A DNA stretch of 64,000 bases, taken from positions 142,245-206,244 of the IMG/VR virus record IMGVR_UViG_3300026484_000087; one strand, given 5' to 3'. Shown one piece after another: positions 48,958-58,417 of the stretch (within the stretch, counting starts at the first letter, position 1; every line of letters begins with the position of its first letter). The notes below the pieces were generated by a model, which did not search any database, was not told the origin of the DNA, and saw only the letters and a program-made list of their open reading frames with translations. The position numbers and the translations under genes were made by a program.

Positions 48958-50205
48958 TTATTTATAAATTGTCGGTAAAAACTTAATAATACCACCGAGT
49001 AAACCAATGGCATTAGTTGTAGTTTTTATTCTTTCAGCATTTACTTTATGTCTATGTATTTGCTCATCTCTTATGACATTTATCGTATTGGATAAAGTAT
49101 CACTCTTGATTTTCAATAAACTTGCCTTATATCCAATAAGTTTAGTTTCTCTTTCTATTTTAGCTAAATCAACTGCTGTTACATATTTTAATTCCTCCAT
49201 TTTACTTTCATGTTTACGCTTTACTGTTTCATTACTTAATTGTTGTTTAGACAATTCAACTTTATTATCTTCTATATCCAACTTCCTATATAATAACTCC
49301 TTGTTAACATCTTCTAATATTAATTTCTTATCACCATTAAATCTAGCTAACTCCTCTGTCTTATAAATACCTATGTTATCTAATTCAGATAACTCAAATT
49401 CCGTTCTATCGGCAAGTAATTCATTATCCTTTTTAATTATGTAAGTAACACCATTGGCTTTCGTATTAGATGGATTAGATAAAAATCTTTGTACTTTATT
49501 ACCTAGTTGCATATAATAAGGCCTATATGGATTATCGTTATCAACTATATCTATAGATACAGTATTTGGATGGTCATCATTAAGTATCCTATAACGTTTT
49601 AACTTATCAGTTTCGGTTAATGAATTAGGATGCTTAACTATATCAGTTGGCATACCTTTAACTATAGCTACGTTATTATTACTAACAAATAAATACTTAT
49701 AATGGTCTATATCATATTTAGGTATATACGTAACTATGCGTACGGTAATAGAATTATTTAAACTACATGTAGCTATCTTTGATTCTATCTCCTTTATAGT
49801 ATGTTCCGTAAGATCCGCTGCTCTTCTATAATATTTCATTAATGAATGAATATTAACGCCAGTAACATCCAATATGGTATAGCGTTCTATTATATATACG
49901 CCTAAACCACTGCTCTTATCCACATCATCCTTAGTATTATACTTTATACCAAATGACGTTATATCACTATAGTTACGTATAGGCAAAGCTATGTTCCTTT
50001 CATCTATCATAAATAGATTATTACCCATATTAGTAAATACATGCTTCGTATAATCTGGATTACCGTAATGTTGATTACGTACAATATTATCATCGTTGAA
50101 AGAATTATTTATTCTATTTGATCTAAACACCTCATCATTGTATCTTTGTTCTGGACTTTCAAAAACTCTATTAAATTCGGATACAGGTGTAAAAGGTACG
50201 TTCAT
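48958..50205 (-). CDS. Conserved hypothetical protein with C-terminal coiled coil
   Basis: 415 aa, AAGGAG RBS and a class I motif at 50282-50290. Confidence 0.75.
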   Translation of the reverse strand: MNVPFTPVSEFNRVFESPEQRYNDEVFRSNRINNSFNDDNIVRNQHYGNPDYTKHVFTNMGNNLFMIDERNIALPIRNYSDITSFGIKYNTKDDVDKSSGLGVYIIERYTILDVTGVNIHSLMKYYRRAADLTEHTIKEIESKIATCSLNNSITVRIVTYIPKYDIDHYKYLFVSNNNVAIVKGMPTDIVKHPNSLTETDKLKRYRILNDDHPNTVSIDIVDNDNPYRPYYMQLGNKVQRFLSNPSNTKANGVTYIIKKDNELLADRTEFELSELDNIGIYKTEELARFNGDKKLILEDVNKELLYRKLDIEDNKVELSKQQLSNETVKRKHESKMEELKYVTAVDLAKIERETKLIGYKASLLKIKSDTLSNTINVIRDEQIHRHKVNAERIKTTTNAIGLLGGIIKFLPTIYK

Positions 50206-50305
50206 ATATTCTCCTTATATTTTGTTATACGAATAAATTTGGAGACTTTATATTTCCACACTTATTCGTATTTATACATAAATAATATATGGTTAAGATT
50301 ATTTC

Positions 50306-50522
50306 AAAAAAAAAAATAAGATGTACGCTACGCCAACTGAATGACGTAACATATCTTTTTGGCAGTATCTTTTCTTAACTATATTACTGCTACCGCAAAC
50401 GTACATTTCTATACGGACTCATACTTTAGAACTATAAGGAGTTAAGAATTCTAAAGTATGTTTCTCTCCCTTATAATACATCATTCGATTACTTAGGGAT
50501 TACATATATCAGCTATATGTCA
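50306..50522 (-). ncRNA. Candidate ~200-nt structured small RNA
   Basis: Own class I motif (50528-50536), 12-bp stem CATACTTTAGAA/TTCTAAAGTATG (50420-50460), and a 3' hairpin plus T11 tract. No RBS-led ORF. Confidence 0.45.
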
Positions 50523-50568
50523 TGTAAATAATATATGATTAAAAAAGATTTAAAACTAATAAAGATAC

Positions 50569-50598
50569 AGTACTGTATGGAATTAACCATACAGTACT
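50569..50598 (-). terminator. Capsid operon terminator-like hairpin
   Basis: AGTACTGTATGG-AATTAA-CCATACAGTACT. Confidence 0.7.
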
Positions 50599-50652
50599 AT
50601 TGTATCTAAATGCATTGTTTTTTTTTTTGGATATACTTATATCAATCAGCTA

Positions 50653-52821
50653 TTAAACTGTTGCAAAGTTTTTAGTAACTTTACCTAGTGACTCTTCAAT
50701 ACCACTAATGTTAATAACAGTTAGAATAGGTAGTTGAGGAACATGTAAGAATCTTGGTAATGTAGAAAGTTCTCTAACGATGCTTCCACCTCTGTTAGCA
50801 ACAACATCTAAAGAAACTTCTGGAGACCAGAAACATACACCAAAACCAAGTGGGTTAACTTTTTCATTTTTACTTGCACCTGTATCACCAAATGAAATGA
50901 ACATTTTACCTTTAACTAGTGGATTTTGAGTAGTAGCTAAATGTACTTCAAACTCATCACCAATTTCAATTTTACCAGTACCATTTGTTAAGTATTGTGC
51001 AGTTCTACTATCTGTACCAATGATTACCGAAGTTTTACCAGCAACACCACCATTAAGAACTTTACTAGCGATAGCGTAGTTAGATTCAATGAACATTTTG
51101 ATAACTTCATCTTTAATTTTACCAGTTAATGTACCTTTAATATCTTCCATTTTCTCACCAGATCTAACTGAGTCAATGTTGTTAGCAATATTTAAGTTTG
51201 TTTCATTATAGTAAGCATCTACAAAGAATCTTGATACACCAAGAATTGCAGCATCTTTAACATTACCATTAGATGTAATTTGTCTTAAAGTTTCAGAGAA
51301 TGAAACAAGAGTATTTACAGCTTCAAGAGACATTTTGATACCAGTGAATGCTACTTGTGAAGCAAGGTATGTTGCATCGTTGTCAGTATCATTAGAGTTA
51401 CCAACTGTTTTAAGAATTGTTACACCTGATCTAACTGGAACAGTATAGATTTGGTTATGAATATCAACACCAACTAATTGACCTCTTTGTCTAATGTTAG
51501 AGTTAGTTGTATAAGCTTCTACAGAGTAAGCTCTAGGTTTACAAGTTTCAATAACTGCAGCAATTGCTTTGTAGTTATCATTATCTTCATCAAGAATATT
51601 TCCACCAGCATCAAGAACTTCAACAAGTTTAACAGAAGAACTGTATACAGCAACATCACCAATTTGAGTATTACCATCACCATGAAGAACAAGTTCAACT
51701 CTAACAGTATAGTTTTGAGCAAGTTGTGCTAAGATTTCAGAACCAGCACCATTCCATTGTTTAGTAGCAGCAGTATTTAAGATCATTCCATCTGTTGTGA
51801 AAGAAAGCATTAAATCTTTGTTATGATCTTGTGTGCTATATGTAAAGTTTGAATGTGGTAACATAGAAATGTTAAATTTGAATGTTTCAGTAATCTCTTT
51901 ATCATCAGCATCTTTACCAGTAAGATCAAAGAATACATCTTGAACTTGAACTCTTCTATCAAGAGCATCAGTATTATCCATAACACCTTTAGCAAGTTGT
52001 GCATCAGTTTGAGAAACACCTAATACAGAAATAGCTTTACCCATTTTTAATGGAGCAGTAGTGATTTTCTCACCTTTTTCAGTATTTACAGTTTTAAGAT
52101 CAGCAGCAAGTACTGCAGCATTTTCTTCTCTTAATACAGGAACAAGTAGGTTTTTATCTACAGATAAGATAGTTGGATCAACGATAGCTTTAACAATTGA
52201 TTTTTTATTAAATTTACCTCTATCAGATGCACCATTAGTACCTCTTGTAACTTCATCATAAAGATTGATAACTCTAGCTTCAATACTAGCACCAGAAGAT
52301 GTAGGATCAATTGTAACAGTTGGGAAGAATAGTTCACCAAATGCATCTTGTTTAGAAGCAAGTAAGTTATATACAACAGAGAAGTAAACAGCAGAGTTAA
52401 TAGTTTGACCATCAAAAGACTCTACAGAGATATTTTCTGTATCCATGATATCTTCAACACCAAGTGCCATAGCATCTACAGTACCAACAACATTTTGTGC
52501 AGTAACAGCTTTAAGGTTATTTAAATTTTGTCTAGCAGCAGTTGGATCCATTGCAAGACCAGCAACTAGTTGTGCAGCTTTTAATTGTGCAGCAGTTGGA
52601 TCAAAATCTTCCATACCTTCAGAAGAGATAACTGAATCAATTGTATTTTGTACAATTTCATTAAGAGAGTCTAAACTAGACTTAGCTGTAGCGGCAGTAC
52701 CTTCATCCATGCTTTCTGAAGAGATTACAACTTGTGTAATTTCTGGTCTATTAGTAAGACCGTGTACTGTTAAACCTGTTTTCATTCCGTCAATAAGACC
52801 TACAATGTTTGTTTTATCCAT
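50653..52821 (-). CDS. Major capsid protein (phiKZ gp120-like)
   Basis: 722 aa with QDAFGELFFPT.TIDP, DNTDALD and N.RQRGQL motifs, S-x-E sites in the prodomain (ISVE/SF) and strongly biased codon usage. Confidence 0.88.
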   Translation of the reverse strand: MDKTNIVGLIDGMKTGLTVHGLTNRPEITQVVISSESMDEGTAATAKSSLDSLNEIVQNTIDSVISSEGMEDFDPTAAQLKAAQLVAGLAMDPTAARQNLNNLKAVTAQNVVGTVDAMALGVEDIMDTENISVESFDGQTINSAVYFSVVYNLLASKQDAFGELFFPTVTIDPTSSGASIEARVINLYDEVTRGTNGASDRGKFNKKSIVKAIVDPTILSVDKNLLVPVLREENAAVLAADLKTVNTEKGEKITTAPLKMGKAISVLGVSQTDAQLAKGVMDNTDALDRRVQVQDVFFDLTGKDADDKEITETFKFNISMLPHSNFTYSTQDHNKDLMLSFTTDGMILNTAATKQWNGAGSEILAQLAQNYTVRVELVLHGDGNTQIGDVAVYSSSVKLVEVLDAGGNILDEDNDNYKAIAAVIETCKPRAYSVEAYTTNSNIRQRGQLVGVDIHNQIYTVPVRSGVTILKTVGNSNDTDNDATYLASQVAFTGIKMSLEAVNTLVSFSETLRQITSNGNVKDAAILGVSRFFVDAYYNETNLNIANNIDSVRSGEKMEDIKGTLTGKIKDEVIKMFIESNYAIASKVLNGGVAGKTSVIIGTDSRTAQYLTNGTGKIEIGDEFEVHLATTQNPLVKGKMFISFGDTGASKNEKVNPLGFGVCFWSPEVSLDVVANRGGSIVRELSTLPRFLHVPQLPILTVINISGIEESLGKVTKNFATV

Positions 52822-52839
52822 AATGGGATCCTTTTATAT

Positions 52840-53358
52840 TTATTTTGTTTTGTTTAAAATTAAAAAATTTTTAAAATATCTACTGTCATATATATCACTA
52901 GATTTAAAATACTTAAATGCAAAATTAATTAATTCCGTATGTAACGTTGCTTTATCAACATTATTACTGAACTTTATAAAATTACTAAATCCTTCTTTTA
53001 GGATCACATAGATTGTATTATTTTCATATGTCAATATAAATGTATCTTTTACGTTAACATTTTGGTTATTAGATAATGTTTCTATTACCTCTCTAGCATC
53101 TTTCGCTATGTTGTTACCATTATACAGACAATCTATTTTGAAACCAATCGTAGTTCCATCGTGGTTGATGAATAGTGTTTCATGCATAAATTTGTTAATT
53201 AGTATAAGATCTTTAAAATCCAATCTAGACATTTTAGATATCTTGTCATCTGTTTCATTTTGTATATCGTTACCTAAATCCGATATAGAAACATTAGCAT
53301 TATCCATAGATACCTTAGTATACCATGGGATAAATACTATATTCATTTCACTTTCCAT
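52840..53358 (-). CDS. Hypothetical protein
   Basis: 172 aa, AAAGGA RBS, immediately upstream of the capsid gene. Confidence 0.7.
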   Translation of the reverse strand: MESEMNIVFIPWYTKVSMDNANVSISDLGNDIQNETDDKISKMSRLDFKDLILINKFMHETLFINHDGTTIGFKIDCLYNGNNIAKDAREVIETLSNNQNVNVKDTFILTYENNTIYVILKEGFSNFIKFSNNVDKATLHTELINFAFKYFKSSDIYDSRYFKNFLILNKTK

Positions 53359-53403
53359 ATTATCATCCTTTGATTATTTACTTAAATAATGAATTAAAAA
53401 AGT

Positions 53404-53442
53404 TTAACAACCAATAGCGATTAACCATAACCACTTTTTCAT
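53404..53442 (-). CDS. Possible 12-aa micro-ORF MKKWLWLIAIGC
   Basis: Strong AAAGGAG RBS 5-6 nt before the ATG. Confidence 0.35.
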   Translation of the reverse strand: MKKWLWLIAIGC

Positions 53443-53535
53443 GTATGCTCCTTTAATAAAAATATTTATATCATTAAAAATGATTTTTAGCAATGATTAA
53501 TATTAATGATATAAATAAATTATAAGGAACTATAG

Positions 53536-55062
53536 ATGCAAAAAATGGATATAATATTCAAATCTATAACTTTACTATATAGAGAATCATTTATAGAGAA
53601 CAATGATATAAACAATAGTAACGATTTAGTTAGAACAGTTTTAAATACTATTGTAACTGATAGTAAATATAGTATGCTTGGTGCTGGTGCTGATAAAATA
53701 GAAAATCTTAAAAAGTTTACACTTGAATTATGTAATAGTAGCGATAAGCCTTTTGATAAGGAAATGATAAGACAAACTGTTGCTCTAATAATGGGTGACG
53801 ATATAGCTACTTTAGAAATACTGATGAGAACTATTGAGGATGATCTAGTTGAGGAAAAATTAAAAAGAGCCATATTGACACTTAAAAGATATCTAAACAA
53901 TTACTATAAAGAATACCAAATAAATGATGTTCTTAGCAAAGCACATTATAGGTTTAAAAACAATAGAAGTGGTATAAAAAGCACAAATGACTTTATTGCT
54001 AATTTGGTAACTAATCTAGAGGCTTTAGAATTAACCAGTAAAACAAAGGATCCAGCTATTGCAAATGAAGTTGACCTTGGAGATGAAAGTGGTTTATCAG
54101 AAGTATTAGACAGTGTTAAAGATGACAATACTACATTACCTAAATTAAAAACCGGTTGGCAGGGATTTAACACCATTACATCTGGTGGTTTCAGAAGAGG
54201 TGAAATGGTTTTATTAGCATCTCTACAGCATAAATATAAATCAGGTACCACTAATAGTCTATTCATGCAGGTAGCCATGGAGAATGAACCGAAAATGATT
54301 GATGGTACTAAAAAACCATTATTACTTTTAATTAGTTTAGAAGACGATATGGTTATTACTACTGATTTTATGTATAGATATTTATATAATGATGAACATG
54401 GAGAGCTTCCTGATTTTGATAAGGTAAGTCCTAAAGAGGCCAGTGATTATATAAAGAAAAAACTAAGTGTTAATGGATACCATATAAAGATGCTTAGAGT
54501 TAATCCAACTGAATGGTCCTTTAAACATTTATTCAATAAGATAATCTCTTATGAAGCTGATGGTTTTGAATTGCATGGAGTATTCATGGATTACCTCGGT
54601 ATGGTTCCAACTGTTGGTTGTAATTTAAGTGGTCCTATGGGTACGGATATAAGGGATTTATTTAGAAGAGTAAGAAACTTTTTCTCTGTTAGAAAATGTA
54701 CATTCTTTACACCGCATCAATTATCTGTTGATGCTAAGATGCTTATTCGTAATGGTGTTCCTGAAGCTACATTTGTTAAAGAACTTATAGGTAAAGGATA
54801 TTTTAGTGGTACCAAACAGTTAGATCAAGAACTAGATTTAATTTTATATAATCACATAGCTAAGATTAATGGTAAAGCCTGTTTGACAATAAGCAGGGAT
54901 AAACATAGAACTCCAGTAATACTTGATGATGAGTATAAATACTTCTATATGCCTTTCCCTAAGGGTGCTCCAATACCATCTGATATACATAGAGAAAAGT
55001 CTCTAGCAGTATTTCCAGATGCAAATGGTTCAGCTGGTGGAGATGATGTATTTGATTTTTAA
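53536..55062 (+). CDS. dnaB: DnaB-like replicative helicase (phiKZ gp118-like)
   Basis: LKTGWQGFN, GGFRRGE, degenerate Walker A ASLQHKYKS, ISLED, MDYL, TPHQLS and QELD. Confidence 0.85.
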   Translation: MQKMDIIFKSITLLYRESFIENNDINNSNDLVRTVLNTIVTDSKYSMLGAGADKIENLKKFTLELCNSSDKPFDKEMIRQTVALIMGDDIATLEILMRTIEDDLVEEKLKRAILTLKRYLNNYYKEYQINDVLSKAHYRFKNNRSGIKSTNDFIANLVTNLEALELTSKTKDPAIANEVDLGDESGLSEVLDSVKDDNTTLPKLKTGWQGFNTITSGGFRRGEMVLLASLQHKYKSGTTNSLFMQVAMENEPKMIDGTKKPLLLLISLEDDMVITTDFMYRYLYNDEHGELPDFDKVSPKEASDYIKKKLSVNGYHIKMLRVNPTEWSFKHLFNKIISYEADGFELHGVFMDYLGMVPTVGCNLSGPMGTDIRDLFRRVRNFFSVRKCTFFTPHQLSVDAKMLIRNGVPEATFVKELIGKGYFSGTKQLDQELDLILYNHIAKINGKACLTISRDKHRTPVILDDEYKYFYMPFPKGAPIPSDIHREKSLAVFPDANGSAGGDDVFDF

Positions 55063-55076
55063 ACCAAAAGAAACAG

Positions 55077-55105
55077 AGTAGTATACGGTTAAACCGTATA
55101 CTACT
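55077..55105. terminator. Bidirectional terminator-like hairpin
   Basis: AGTAGTATACGGTT-A-AACCGTATACTACT. Confidence 0.75.
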
Positions 55106-55304
55106 TACCTATTTTAATGTTATCTATAATTTTACCAAGTAAATCTTTAGTAAAATCTGATCTAAACATCATAAAGATTGAACTATATAATGCAACAAAA
55201 CCAGTAGTTTCAATAACATCCGGATCCATATTCTTATAAACAGTAAACATATATACTGCTATGAAAATAAAGAAAGCCAATGTACTTTTCCAATTCTTAA
55301 ACAT
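55101..55304 (-). CDS. Small two-TM membrane protein, holin candidate
   Basis: 67 aa with two hydrophobic helices and a charged C-tail. AAAGGA RBS. Confidence 0.4.
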   Translation of the reverse strand: MFKNWKSTLAFFIFIAVYMFTVYKNMDPDVIETTGFVALYSSIFMMFRSDFTKDLLGKIIDNIKIGK

Positions 55305-55376
55305 ACTAATCCTTTAATATTAAATTTTCATATTAAAGCAAAAAAATATATTTGTTTAATTTGAAAGGATTAGCTT

Positions 55377-55586
55377 ATGGAATATATTTTAGACATAATT
55401 GGCATACTATGTTTTATGGTGATACTTTATTCATTTACAAATAAAGAAACTATGCCGTGTACAAATGAACAGTGTGACGGTACTATGGAAAGCTTTATTT
55501 ATACTGGCGATGGTGATGGACCAGCTCCAGATCATTTACATTTTAAATGCAATAAGTGTGGAAAAGAAGAACAAATATTACAATAG
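55377..55586 (+). CDS. Small membrane-anchored Zn-ribbon-like protein
   Basis: N-terminal TM, then CxxxxC and CxxC. AAAGGA RBS. Confidence 0.55.
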   Translation: MEYILDIIGILCFMVILYSFTNKETMPCTNEQCDGTMESFIYTGDGDGPAPDHLHFKCNKCGKEEQILQ

Positions 55587-55618
55587 TATACTAAGAGGTT
55601 TAACCTCTTAGTATACTA
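55584..55618. terminator. Bidirectional terminator-like hairpin closing the signalling cassette
   Basis: TAGTATACTAAGAGGTT-T-AACCTCTTAGTATACTA. Confidence 0.75.
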
Positions 55619-56755
55619 GAAATCATACTCTATTTCAAATCTTATATCATGCTGGGGTTTTCTAGAATCTACGTCATATCTTTTAAATCCGCCATTTTGT
55701 ATAACATTATATCCATCTGGCTCATACCTACTTAATCTAAATTTGGCATGCATTTTATTGGTTGCTTCTAGGTCTATATAAACTGTATTCTGTTTACCAT
55801 TTTTAAACATACTATATGTAGATAAAAATCTACCAGTATTTAAGCTAACATAATCATCTTTTATAAGACTATGTTCAAATCCAATTGTCGCATCCCTATT
55901 TATATATGGTACCGTAATGTATTTATTAAAACCCAATACAAAAGAATATCCAGTTAACGTATTACCTAAATTCTCACTATGTGAATAAGCCCCATAGTTA
56001 AAAAACGTATAACCACTATCCATAGAATCATCAAGTATATAAGTGTAACCAAATATATCTGCATTTATATCCCCACCTAACTTTTCGCATGCTTTACCAT
56101 TTATCTTAAAATAATTAAATGATAAATTGTTTTTACTACCTTTAAAACTATACATTAAAGACAGACCACCAACTTCTTTATATGTAGGAGCATACATCTG
56201 GTCTTCATTAATTAGAATAGAATTAAAGAAAACATCTTTAGATAAATAACCTATGTTCATTACATGATTGCCTACATGATAATTTAAATAAGCTCCATCT
56301 GCTATATAATTACTCATCAATGGGTTTATGTTATTCTTACGATCTTGTGGTAAAGTAACAACCGATCCATTATCTGTTCTAAAATCTATTTTACCAGCAA
56401 TGAAACTAAGATTATCATTAATTATATATTTATAATACATCTCATCAATGATTATTAAAGTTATGCTATCCTTTTCATTAAGACTAGTATCTAAATCAGA
56501 TTTATAATCATAATTAAGATACATTATTTCAGTTGTAAGTGATATCATACCGCCATCAACATTCTTTTTATATCTACTATAAAGTAATATGTCCTCCGTT
56601 GCTATATTACCGTAATTCCTATCAACATTAAGGTAACTTAAATGTAATTCATTTTTTAATAAATAACCTTTATCTTTAAGTTCATTGCAACTAACAACAG
56701 TTGTAAATGTAAATAAAGCTAAAATGATTAAAAGTATTTTTTTATTTGTTATCAT
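55616..56755 (-). CDS. Outer-membrane beta-barrel porin-like protein
   Basis: Signal peptide, alternating amphipathic beta-strands rich in Tyr/Gly/Phe, and C-terminal beta-signal IRFEIEYDF. ATG 56755 follows AGGAG. Confidence 0.72.
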   Translation of the reverse strand: MITNKKILLIILALFTFTTVVSCNELKDKGYLLKNELHLSYLNVDRNYGNIATEDILLYSRYKKNVDGGMISLTTEIMYLNYDYKSDLDTSLNEKDSITLIIIDEMYYKYIINDNLSFIAGKIDFRTDNGSVVTLPQDRKNNINPLMSNYIADGAYLNYHVGNHVMNIGYLSKDVFFNSILINEDQMYAPTYKEVGGLSLMYSFKGSKNNLSFNYFKINGKACEKLGGDINADIFGYTYILDDSMDSGYTFFNYGAYSHSENLGNTLTGYSFVLGFNKYITVPYINRDATIGFEHSLIKDDYVSLNTGRFLSTYSMFKNGKQNTVYIDLEATNKMHAKFRLSRYEPDGYNVIQNGGFKRYDVDSRKPQHDIRFEIEYDF

Positions 56756-57023
56756 CAAAAGCTCCTTTAGTTATTTCTATATCACTTCTGTAAAGGCCTT
56801 TTATGCAATCACAGATTTTTCTTTTTTTACTGTAAGAAATTTCTTTATATAAATATTGATCTATTTTATTTTTCTTACATACTCTATACCAACCTTTATT
56901 AGACTTAATATCGTAGTCTATTAAATCTCTATTATATAAAATACCACAACTTGCAATATCAGAATATAGATTTATATTAAATATTAAGATTAGTCCTAAA
57001 AAAACAAAAAAATTTTTGTTCAT
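56742..57023 (-). CDS. Small secreted 4-Cys protein
   Basis: Signal peptide MNKNFFVFLGLILIFNINLYS, with a ~72-aa mature part carrying four Cys. Confidence 0.65.
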   Translation of the reverse strand: MNKNFFVFLGLILIFNINLYSDIASCGILYNRDLIDYDIKSNKGWYRVCKKNKIDQYLYKEISYSKKRKICDCIKGLYRSDIEITKGAFDDNK

Positions 57024-57025
57024 AT

Positions 57026-58417
57026 TTACTCCTTTTTATAAGTATAAGGTTCTACTGGTATCAACAGTTTAAAAATAGTCCCCTCAGATGACGTCTTATG
57101 TAGACTTATCTCTCCTTTATATTTTATAAGTGTTTCTCTTATCACATACATGCCGAGTCCCCTTCCTGATTCAGACGTAAATAATTCTGGTTTATAAAAT
57201 ATCTTTTTAAATAACGATGTAAAGAAACTAGTTTTTTCATGTATTATGTCACCTGATAAAGTTTTACTAGATACTCCATATGCAAATATTAAATCATATT
57301 CTTCCTTAATAATAGGTTTATTATTTTTACCAAGTACACCTGTACCATTATCTATACAATACAGTTGTAACGTTGAATTATTTATTAATTCACATTCTAT
57401 TATAACTTTACTACATTTTGCTTCTACCGAATTTGTAACTAAATTAGAAAGTATATTCATATACTCACCATTTGGTAGACCTCTCAAATGTAATGATTCT
57501 AAAAGTTTCATATTCTTTATTTCATACTCAAAGTGTCTACTTGTAAATATAGATGTAGTAGCAAATAAATTCTTAGTAAGCATTGCCATATTTTTGTTAC
57601 CGTTACTATAGCGATTATCTTTGCTCTCTCTTAATAGAGCTAGTACGCCATGTAGTCTATCTATAGAATTACTTATCTTTTCAATGTAGTCTAATATAAC
57701 CACTCTTGGTAAATATTCATCGGAATTTCTTACTTTTAACTTCATGCTGCAAGTTTTACAATCATCTACATATTGTGTTTGTATAGCGAGCCTTATCTCA
57801 TCAAATAAATCCTTTATTACTGTTATTGGACCAAGCATCTCATGGTGCATCGAACCAGCAACAGTATATTGTAACTTACCTTCTAGAACCGTCTTAACGT
57901 TTTTGTTAGCTAACAATGCCGCAGCTACCTCATTTCTAGCATTTCTAAAATATATAAAAGCATACCATATCAAGAAAAATATAGTAACTGTATAGAATTG
58001 ATTCATTACAACAGAATAATCATATGTATTTAATTCTATAGTCATTTTATGCTTGTCATATTCTATATCAAATGTATCCTTTATAACAATATCTCTTATC
58101 TTTTTTAAGTAAGTATTATCAGTAATTGTAGCATAATCATCATCTCTCATTAAGACATTATTCCTAGATATGTCTGGACTGAAATAAACGCCATCTAACG
58201 TTATTGACTTACAATTACTAGCATAACAAAATAATGATATATCTATGTCATCACTATGATATATTTTATCTATATTAGTCTTATATTCGTTTATAAGATA
58301 AAGTCTTTTATTGTACTCAGTATACATGAATATTATAAACAAACTAATGGCTAATAGAATAGAATGTTTAAAATATATTGCCAGTATATTCCTATTTATT
58401 ATCCATTTATTTTCCAT
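57026..58417 (-). CDS. Membrane sensor histidine kinase
   Basis: Two TM helices flank a ~100-aa extracytoplasmic domain. H-box MHHEMLGP, N-box NLVTNSVEA, G1 DNGTG, F-box LIFAYG and G2 GRGLGMY. Confidence 0.88.
   Translation of the reverse strand: MENKWIINRNILAIYFKHSILLAISLFIIFMYTEYNKRLYLINEYKTNIDKIYHSDDIDISLFCYASNCKSITLDGVYFSPDISRNNVLMRDDDYATITDNTYLKKIRDIVIKDTFDIEYDKHKMTIELNTYDYSVVMNQFYTVTIFFLIWYAFIYFRNARNEVAAALLANKNVKTVLEGKLQYTVAGSMHHEMLGPITVIKDLFDEIRLAIQTQYVDDCKTCSMKLKVRNSDEYLPRVVILDYIEKISNSIDRLHGVLALLRESKDNRYSNGNKNMAMLTKNLFATTSIFTSRHFEYEIKNMKLLESLHLRGLPNGEYMNILSNLVTNSVEAKCSKVIIECELINNSTLQLYCIDNGTGVLGKNNKPIIKEEYDLIFAYGVSSKTLSGDIIHEKTSFFTSLFKKIFYKPELFTSESGRGLGMYVIRETLIKYKGEISLHKTSSEGTIFKLLIPVEPYTYKKE

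Noticed and set aside
33215-55062. Inteins or introns in UvsX, the RNAP subunits or DnaB
   Set aside because: The ORFs are continuous, near expected sizes, and lack C...HN intein or LAGLIDADG motifs.
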